Assembly: GCA_964655115.1 (NCBI GenBank)
Contig: CAZZKM010000003.1
Span: 9,198 to 73,197, forward strand
DNA length: 64,000 nt
DNA from: an uncultured Bifidobacterium sp.
GTDB lineage: Bacteria; Actinomycetota; Actinomycetes; S36-B12; UBA5976
Direction: 5' to 3'
Positions within the stretch are counted from its first letter, which is position 1, and every line of letters begins with the position of its first letter. The notes beneath the pieces were generated by a model that did not search any database, had not been told where the DNA came from, and worked only from the letters and a program-made list of their open reading frames with translations. Shown here piece by piece: positions 57,230 through 64,000 of this stretch. Made by a program: the position numbers and the translations under genes.

Positions 57230-58243
57230 TTGGACGAAAGAAAGTACGCGGTTCTAAGTGCAATTATTGAGGATTATGTTGCAACTCAAGAACCTATCGG
57301 GTCAAAAAGCCTTGTCGAAAGACATAGTTTAAAAGTTTCACCTGCAACTGTTCGAAATGAAATGGCAGTTTTGGAAGATGAAGGTTACATTGTTCAACCT
57401 CATACAAGTGCTGGCCGTATTCCAACTGATAAAGGTTACAGAACATTTGTTGATCGTTTAAATGAAGTAAGACAACTCTCACCAGCTGAAACTAGAGCTA
57501 TAACTCAAGTGCTCGAAGGTGCAGTTGATCTAGATGATGTAATGCAAAAAACTGTTAAATTATTATCTCAATTAACTGGTCAAATCTCTTTAGTCCAATA
57601 TCCAATTCTTTCTGGATCAACTGTTCGACATATTGATTTGATCTCAATAAATGAAAAAAGAATAATGATCGTACTTGTTGCTAATAGTGGAAGGCTTGAG
57701 CAAGTAACGGTGGAGTTAGAAAATAATATTGATGAAATTACATTAGATTTACTTCGAAAAAAGTTAAAAAATACTATTACTGATAAAAAATTTATTGAAG
57801 TATCTAATTTAATTGATAACTTTCATGAGGATCATGAATTAGTAAATAAAAGTTTAGTAAAAAAAGTTATTGAAAAATTGAAAGTAATGGTGACTCAAAA
57901 ATCAGATCAGAAAATTGTGGTTGCAGGTGCAAGCAATTTAGCTAAGTTGGACTCAGAATTTAGTAAAAAATTGCTACCTGTTTTAGATGAAATTGAAGAA
58001 AATGTTGTCATGCTGAAATTGATGGGTGAAATGGTTAGTGAAGATGAACTTTTTATAAGAATTGGGCACGAGAATAAAGTAGCTAATTTGCATTCAGCCT
58101 CAGTGGTTTCTTCTGGGTATATGACTGGAGATTCTTTATCAAAACTTGGCATAGTTGGACCAACTCGAATGGACTACCCAGGAACTATTTCAGCTGTACG
58201 AGCTGTCGCAAGATACTTGGGCAGAATTTTGGGAAATAAGTAA
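57230..58243 (+). CDS. hrcA: Heat-inducible transcription repressor HrcA
   Basis: 337 aa, TTG start. N-terminal winged helix MDERKYAVLSAIIEDYVATQEPIGSK...VSPATVRNEMAVLE. Preceded by CIRCE and followed by dnaJ. Confidence 0.93.
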   Translation: MDERKYAVLSAIIEDYVATQEPIGSKSLVERHSLKVSPATVRNEMAVLEDEGYIVQPHTSAGRIPTDKGYRTFVDRLNEVRQLSPAETRAITQVLEGAVDLDDVMQKTVKLLSQLTGQISLVQYPILSGSTVRHIDLISINEKRIMIVLVANSGRLEQVTVELENNIDEITLDLLRKKLKNTITDKKFIEVSNLIDNFHEDHELVNKSLVKKVIEKLKVMVTQKSDQKIVVAGASNLAKLDSEFSKKLLPVLDEIEENVVMLKLMGEMVSEDELFIRIGHENKVANLHSASVVSSGYMTGDSLSKLGIVGPTRMDYPGTISAVRAVARYLGRILGNK

Positions 58244-59359
58244 ATGGCAAATGATTATTACGACATTTTAGGTGTTGACACTGATGCCAGTAGTGATGAA
58301 ATAAAAAAGGCTTATAGAAAACTTGCCAGAGAATTACATCCAGATCTAAATCCAGATCCAATTGCAGCGGAAAAATTTAAAGAAGTAACTGCAGCTTATG
58401 AAACTTTAAGCGATGATCAAAAACGAAGAATGTATGATTTAGGGTTTTCAGGAAACGGTCCAAGTGCAAGTGGTTTTGGTTTTGGTGGCTTAGGAGATTT
58501 TGTTGACGCATTTTTTGGTTCAACTCAACAACGAGGTCCAAGATCTAGGACAAGAAGAGGTCAAGACGCACTTATTCAAATTGAAATTGAGTTAATTGAA
58601 GCTTATTCGGGATTAAATAAAGATTTAACAGTTGAAACTGCAGTTGTTTGTTCTGTTTGCCAAGGAAGTTGTTGCGCACCTGGTACTTCGCCGACAGTCT
58701 GTTCAATGTGCAGAGGTAGAGGTGATGTGCAAGCAGTGCAGAGATCATTGTTAGGTCAAGTTGTTTCAAGTAGACCATGTCCACAATGTTCAGGATTTGG
58801 AACAGTTCTACCAAGTCCTTGCGCAGAATGTTCTGGTGAAGGAAGAGTTAGAACTCGTGCAACTTTAAATGCTCAAATTCCAGCAGGAGTTGATTCAGGA
58901 ACCAGAGTTCAACTAGTTGGAAGAGGAGAAGTTGGACCAGGTGGCGGTGAAGCGGGAGATTTATATTTAGAAATAATTGTGAAACCACATAAAACTTTTC
59001 ACCGCGAAGCAGATGATTTACACAGTTTAATCAATATTCCAATGACAGCAGCAGCTTTAGGAACAAACTTTGTTTTTCAAACCTTTGATTCTGAAGAAAA
59101 TATAAATATTAAACCTGGAACTCAATCTGGAACGGTAATCACATTGAGAGGTAAAGGTATGCCAAGGCTGAGAAGAGAAGGCAAAGGAGACTTACATCTG
59201 GAAGTAAATGTTGAGACACCTTCTGCAATAAACGAAGAGCAAAAAGGTTTGTTGAAAAAATTAGCCGAATTAAGAAAAGAAGATAAATTAAATATTGAAC
59301 CAGAAAAAATAAACGAAACAGGTTTATTTTCAAAAATTAGAGACGTTTTTTCAAGATAA
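58244..59359 (+). CDS. dnaJ: Molecular chaperone DnaJ
   Basis: 371 aa. J domain DYYDILGV...HPD, a Gly/Phe linker, and four CxxCxG(x)G zinc repeats. Confidence 0.94.
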   Translation: MANDYYDILGVDTDASSDEIKKAYRKLARELHPDLNPDPIAAEKFKEVTAAYETLSDDQKRRMYDLGFSGNGPSASGFGFGGLGDFVDAFFGSTQQRGPRSRTRRGQDALIQIEIELIEAYSGLNKDLTVETAVVCSVCQGSCCAPGTSPTVCSMCRGRGDVQAVQRSLLGQVVSSRPCPQCSGFGTVLPSPCAECSGEGRVRTRATLNAQIPAGVDSGTRVQLVGRGEVGPGGGEAGDLYLEIIVKPHKTFHREADDLHSLINIPMTAAALGTNFVFQTFDSEENINIKPGTQSGTVITLRGKGMPRLRREGKGDLHLEVNVETPSAINEEQKGLLKKLAELRKEDKLNIEPEKINETGLFSKIRDVFSR

Positions 59360-59361
59360 AA

Positions 59362-60096
59362 ATGCAACCTGCATATTTTATTGCGTCAACGAAAGAATTA
59401 AACGAAAAAGTTATCGCCTTAAAAGGTGATGAAGCACATCATGCAATAAAGGTAAGAAGAACTGAAATAAATGAGTTAATTTTTATAACTGACACCAAAG
59501 GCTTAGTGGTTGAAGCTAAAGTTGTAGAAATTGGACCGGGAAAAATACTTAAAGCAGAAGTTATTAATAAAAAATTACATGAAAATAGAAATCCAATAGT
59601 TTGTGTTGCCCAAGCAATTGCCAAAGGCGATAGGGCTGATTTATCTATTGAACTTTTGACCGAAGTCGGTGTAGACAAAATTATTCCTTGGCAAGCAAAT
59701 AGAAGTGTTTCTAGATTAGAAGATAAAGAAGTTAAATTAATTCAGAAATGGAACAATACGGCAAGAGAATCTACAAAACAAGCAAGACGACCTTTCATGC
59801 CTGAAATATTGAACCTTGTTAATACTAAAGAGTTAGTTGAGGAATTTAACAATTTTGAAAAAGTTTTAATCTTAGATCCAGATTCATCAAATAGTTTTAT
59901 CGAAGAAATAAAAAAAATTTCTAAAAGTATCTTGCTAGTAATTGGCCCCGAAGGTGGAATAGATGAATTAGAAATGAATTTATTTAAGAATGCCAAAGCA
60001 GATTTTGCAAGTCTTGGCGAATCTATTCTTAGAACTTCTTCAGCAGGAGCAATTAGTGCTGCAATTTTACTTGCTCAAACAAAGTGGATAAAATAA
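59362..60096 (+). CDS. rsmE: 16S rRNA (uracil1498-N3)-methyltransferase RsmE
   Basis: 244 aa. Has a PUA-like N-terminus and the SPOUT C-terminal motifs LVIGPEGG and ILRTSSAG. Follows dnaJ (conserved synteny). Confidence 0.85.
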   Translation: MQPAYFIASTKELNEKVIALKGDEAHHAIKVRRTEINELIFITDTKGLVVEAKVVEIGPGKILKAEVINKKLHENRNPIVCVAQAIAKGDRADLSIELLTEVGVDKIIPWQANRSVSRLEDKEVKLIQKWNNTARESTKQARRPFMPEILNLVNTKELVEEFNNFEKVLILDPDSSNSFIEEIKKISKSILLVIGPEGGIDELEMNLFKNAKADFASLGESILRTSSAGAISAAILLAQTKWIK

Positions 60097-60100
60097 ACAA

Positions 60101-60442
60101 ATGACTGAGTGCTTATTTTGCAAAATAATTTTGGGACAAATTCCTTCAATAAAAGTTTATGAAGATGAAGATTTTTTAGCGTTTAACGATATTGATCCAA
60201 AAGCACCAGTGCATATTTTAGTTATTCCAAAGAAACACTTTGATAATATTTCAGAATTAAGCTTCAGTGATAAAAAGTTAACGGCTGGTTTGATGTCGAC
60301 GGCTTCAAAAATTGCGGAACTAGAGAATTTAACAAAAGGTTTTAGGATTGTTTTAAACACTGGTGTAGATGGTGGACAATCAGTTTTCCACGTACATGCC
60401 CATCTTTTAGGTGGTCGAAGCCTAACTTGGCCACCAGGTTAA
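60101..60442 (+). CDS. HIT-family nucleotide hydrolase (HinT-like)
   Basis: 113 aa. Motifs: CLFCKI, and the histidine triad SVFHVHAHLLGG. Confidence 0.9.
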   Translation: MTECLFCKIILGQIPSIKVYEDEDFLAFNDIDPKAPVHILVIPKKHFDNISELSFSDKKLTAGLMSTASKIAELENLTKGFRIVLNTGVDGGQSVFHVHAHLLGGRSLTWPPG

Positions 60443-60478
60443 TTGTCCAATTTATTTGAACAAATATTATAAAAATAG

Positions 60479-61474
60479 ATGACCAGCCTTAGTAGCGATT
60501 TTCAGTCTCGCATAATAATTCCAAATTCGATATCGATGATATCTTTACTTGGAACTAATGATGAGAATTTAAAAATAGTAGAAAAATCATTTCCAGAAGT
60601 AAATTTGCACGTAAGAGGAAATGAGATCAATCTGCATGGAAATGTTAATTCAGTAAAACTTGTCAATCAACTATTTTCTGAACTAATTTCTTTAATTAGA
60701 ACAGGTCAATCATTAAGTTCTGATTTAATAGAACGATCTATCTCAATGTTGAATGCTGAAGAACAGATCAGTCCTAGCAAAGTCTTAACAGTTGATATTT
60801 TAACTTCACGAGGAAAGTCGATTAGACCAAAGACTTTTAATCAAAAAAAGTATGTAGATGCAATTGATAAAAAAACAGTTGTTTTTGGAATCGGACCTGC
60901 AGGTTCTGGAAAAACATATTTGGCAGTTGCTAAAGCTGTACAAGCTTTACAGGCTAAACAAGTTAACAGAATAGTTTTGACCAGACCAGCTGTTGAAGCC
61001 GGAGAACATCTTGGATTTTTGCCAGGAACTTTGTCAGAAAAAATAGATCCTTACTTACGGCCTCTTTATGATGCTTTACAAGACATGATTGATCCAGAGA
61101 AAATTCCAAAGTTAATGACAAATGGTTCGATTGAAGTTGCGCCTCTTGCCTATATGAGAGGTAGAACTTTAAATGATTCCTTCATAATTCTTGATGAAGC
61201 ACAAAATACTTCTCCTGAACAAATGAAAATGTTTCTTACAAGACTTGGGTTTGGCTCAAAAATGGTCGTAACAGGAGATGTTACACAAATTGATTTACCT
61301 TCCGGAACCAAATCTGGATTGAAAGTAGTTCAAGATATTTTGGAAACAGTTGAAGATTTAGAATTTATTAATCTAACTTCAGACGATGTTGTAAGACATA
61401 AATTAGTGAGTCGCATTGTAGAAGCATATGAAACCTGGGATAAAAAATCTGATAAAGGAAATTTTCGGAAATGA
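60479..61474 (+). CDS. phoH: PhoH-family ATPase
   Basis: 331 aa. Walker [13 protein letters not shown], Walker B ILDEAQN, and GDVTQIDLP. Confidence 0.92.
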   Translation: MTSLSSDFQSRIIIPNSISMISLLGTNDENLKIVEKSFPEVNLHVRGNEINLHGNVNSVKLVNQLFSELISLIRTGQSLSSDLIERSISMLNAEEQISPSKVLTVDILTSRGKSIRPKTFNQKKYVDAIDKKTVVFGIGPAGSGKTYLAVAKAVQALQAKQVNRIVLTRPAVEAGEHLGFLPGTLSEKIDPYLRPLYDALQDMIDPEKIPKLMTNGSIEVAPLAYMRGRTLNDSFIILDEAQNTSPEQMKMFLTRLGFGSKMVVTGDVTQIDLPSGTKSGLKVVQDILETVEDLEFINLTSDDVVRHKLVSRIVEAYETWDKKSDKGNFRK

Positions 61475-61911
61475 TTGAAATTGAAAATAAAAGTTCTTTT
61501 GGAATAGATGAAAAAAAACTAAAGTATTTTATAGGCAAAATATATTCGGAATTAAGTATTCCTGATCATTTTGCTTTATCAATTCTTTATGTTGATGTGA
61601 AAGAAATGCAAGAACTTCATTTCAAGTGGATGAAACTAAATACTCCTACCGATGTTATGAGTTTTCCAATGGATGATATTCAAAATTCAAACAGAACAAA
61701 AGACAAAATACTTGGAGATATAATTATATGTCCTAGTGTTTCTTGGAGTGAAGCAACATTTAGAAGGGAAAACCCTGCAAGATATTTTGTTTTCCTACAC
61801 GTACATGCAATTTTGCATCTTTTGGGACATGACCATCAAAAATTACGTCAAAGAAAAATTATGAAAAAACTTGAAAAACAAGTCATGGATATAGTGGAGA
61901 AAGTTAAATAA
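61471..61911 (+). CDS. ybeY: rRNA maturation endoribonuclease YbeY
   Basis: 146 aa. Zinc motif HAILHLLGHDH. ATGA overlap with phoH. Confidence 0.92.
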   Translation: MIEIENKSSFGIDEKKLKYFIGKIYSELSIPDHFALSILYVDVKEMQELHFKWMKLNTPTDVMSFPMDDIQNSNRTKDKILGDIIICPSVSWSEATFRRENPARYFVFLHVHAILHLLGHDHQKLRQRKIMKKLEKQVMDIVEKVK

Positions 61912-63195
61912 TTGAATAATTTAAGTAGTTTAATTATTGTTGCTATTGTTATTGAAATTTTAGCTGCAGTTTTTATTGCAACAAAAACTGCAATTTCTAG
62001 AACGTCAGAATCAAGAGTAGATGCATTTTCTAAAGAAACTGGTAAAAATACTGAAAAACTTGAAAAAGTAATCGCTGATAAAAGTAAACATGTTGCGTCG
62101 CTGCAACTATTGGCACTTGCTCTAACTTCTGCTGGGGGAGTTTTTCTCACATTTGTAATAATAAAAATTTACTCTGCAAATTCATTCTCAATATTTTTAT
62201 CAACTGTCATTGTGTCATTATTGGGTTTTATCGTTCTAGGAGTGGCTCCAGAAACACTGGGTAGACAAAAATCAGATTCAATTTCTTATTATATGTCTTC
62301 TATTTCATTATTTATAAAACCAATTATTTGGCCGATTGCAAAAATACTAGTTTCCATAGGTAATGCATTAACTCCAGGTAAAGGATTTAAAGACGGTCCA
62401 TTTGCAACAGCAGAAGATTTACGCGATTTAGTTGATCAAGCAGAAGAAGCAGATGTCATTGAAGATGAAGAAAGACAAATGATTCATTCTGTATTTGAAC
62501 TTGGCTCAACAGTTGCTAGAGAAGTTATGGTGCCAAGAACTGAAATGGTTTGGATTGAAAAGGGTAAAACACTTCGACAAGCAATCTCATTAGCTCTGCG
62601 TTCTGGTTATTCAAGAATTCCAGTTATTGGTCAAGGCTCAGACGACATTATCGGAGTAGTTTATTTGAAGGATATTTCAAGAAGAATTTTTGAAAATTCA
62701 GAATCTGAAAGAAATGAAACTGTTGATCAACTAATGCGAAATGCTTATTTTGTTCCCGATAGTAAACCTGCAGATGAATTATTGAGAGAAATGCAAGCTG
62801 CAAGAGTTCACTTAGCGGTAGTAGTAGATGAATATGGTGGAACGGCAGGTTTAGTCACTATTGAAGATATTTTGGAAGAAATAGTTGGTGAAATTACTGA
62901 TGAATATGACACTCATATTGAAGAAGTAAATGAACTTGGACCAAATGTTTTCAGAGTAAGTTCTCGTATTCACCTTGATGACGTAGCTGAATTAATTAAA
63001 GTCGATTTATCCAGTGATGACGAGGGTGTTGATACTTTGTCTGGTTTCTTGGCTAAAAAAATTGACAGAGTTCCAATTCCAGGAACTTCAATTGAAATCG
63101 AAGGATGGGAATTTGTCGCAGAAAGAGCAGCTGGTCGTAGAAATAAAGTAGGAACAATTCTGATTCGAAAAATTGAAAATTCTGAAGTCGAATAA
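61912..63195 (+). CDS. Hemolysin-family/CorC-type membrane protein (DUF21 + tandem CBS + CorC_HlyC domain)
   Basis: 427 aa. The TTG start abuts the ybeY stop. N-terminal TM domain, a CBS pair (VMVPRTEM..., RIPVIG), and VVDEYGGTAGLVTIEDILEEIVGEI. Confidence 0.85.
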   Translation: MNNLSSLIIVAIVIEILAAVFIATKTAISRTSESRVDAFSKETGKNTEKLEKVIADKSKHVASLQLLALALTSAGGVFLTFVIIKIYSANSFSIFLSTVIVSLLGFIVLGVAPETLGRQKSDSISYYMSSISLFIKPIIWPIAKILVSIGNALTPGKGFKDGPFATAEDLRDLVDQAEEADVIEDEERQMIHSVFELGSTVAREVMVPRTEMVWIEKGKTLRQAISLALRSGYSRIPVIGQGSDDIIGVVYLKDISRRIFENSESERNETVDQLMRNAYFVPDSKPADELLREMQAARVHLAVVVDEYGGTAGLVTIEDILEEIVGEITDEYDTHIEEVNELGPNVFRVSSRIHLDDVAELIKVDLSSDDEGVDTLSGFLAKKIDRVPIPGTSIEIEGWEFVAERAAGRRNKVGTILIRKIENSEVE

Positions 63196-63243
63196 ATTAA
63201 CACTGAATAACTTCAAATTTAAGCCGTCAGGCAAAATGTATTT

Positions 63244-64000
63244 ATGAGTGAATTTCGAAGTGGTTTTGCCTGCATAGTAGGTAGACCTAATGTTGGTAAA
63301 TCTACCCTGACAAATCAACTAGTTGGACAAAAAATTTCAATTATCTCAAAACAACCTCAAACAACGCGACATGCAATTAGAGGAATAGTTCACAATGAAA
63401 AGGGACAAATAGTTTTAGTAGATACACCTGGAGTGCACAAACCAAAAACTTTGCTGGGATCTAAATTAAATGAATTGGTCAAGCAAACTTGGTCTGAAGT
63501 TGATGTGATTGTGTTTTGTATACCTGCAGATCAAAAAATTGGTCCTGGAGATAAATTTATCGCTCAGGAAATAATGAAGTATTCAAATAAACCAAAAATT
63601 GGAGTTCTAACAAAAATAGATAATGTTAAACAAAATTTAATTGCTGAAAGGCTTGTTGAATTAGATAAATTGGCAAAGGAATTAAATTTTGAATGGGTAG
63701 AAATTATTCCTGCTAGTTCACAAACTGGAGAAAATTTAGACAAGTTAATTGATTTAATTATTAAATACTTACCTCAGGGACCAGAACTTTACCCGCAAGA
63801 AGTTATCACTGATGAATCTATCGAAACAATGATTTCTGAATATATAAGAGAAGCAGCTTTAGAAGATTTGAGGGAAGAATTGCCACATTCTCTTGCTGTG
63901 GTGGTGCAAAAAATTGAAACAGATGAAGATAGACCAGTTGATAAACCTTTAATGAAAATATATGCAGAAATATATGTTGAACGTGATAGCCAGAAAGGAA
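63244..64000 (+). CDS. era: GTPase Era (5' part; truncated by the window end)
   Basis: Not in the ORF track, because no stop falls inside the window. ATG 63244 encodes MSEFRSGFACIVGRPNVGKSTLTNQLVG...TTRH...DTPG...TKID. These are the Era G1-G4 motifs, followed by the start of the KH domain. Confidence 0.9.
   Translation, partial: MSEFRSGFACIVGRPNVGKSTLTNQLVGQKISIISKQPQTTRHAIRGIVHNEKGQIVLVDTPGVHKPKTLLGSKLNELVKQTWSEVDVIVFCIPADQKIGPGDKFIAQEIMKYSNKPKIGVLTKIDNVKQNLIAERLVELDKLAKELNFEWVEIIPASSQTGENLDKLIDLIIKYLPQGPELYPQEVITDESIETMISEYIREAALEDLREELPHSLAVVVQKIETDEDRPVDKPLMKIYAEIYVERDSQKG

Overview
This is an AT-rich, tightly packed chromosomal segment. Its gene order matches the conserved actinobacterial backbone, which in Mycobacterium tuberculosis runs roughly Rv2478c to Rv2364c: ssb-like, ettA, glbO, pepN, rpiB, tig, clpP1P2, clpX, valS, folC, ndk, rne, rplU-rpmA, obg, proBA, nadD, rsfS, comEA/EC, holA, rpsT, lepA, hemW, hrcA-dnaJ, phoH-ybeY, era. 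A mreBCD-pbp2-rodA rod-shape cluster sits between ndk and rne, and an actinorhodopsin-type proton pump lies at the left edge. Together these suggest a streamlined freshwater actinobacterium of the acI/Nanopelagicales type. That attribution is inference only. I support about 66 protein genes, 7 single tRNA genes, one TPP (THI-box) riboswitch, one CIRCE operator and one clear intrinsic terminator. I saw no rRNA, CRISPR array, transposase, integrase or obvious defence island. The most interesting item is a TPP riboswitch that controls a Pnu-family facilitator. That gene is translationally coupled to an NRK/uridine-kinase-like P-loop kinase, which makes a candidate non-canonical vitamin B1 salvage module. 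Other items: trigger factor appears to start at an AUU codon; a possible mscS, SDR/DUF2867, truncated-hemoglobin operon; a divergent kynA/kynU pair; a CPWA monothiol variant of the Rv2466c-type reductase; a 360-nt structured rne leader; and an unannotated 43-aa membrane micro-ORF. All protein calls rest on by-eye motif recognition and synteny. No searches were run.
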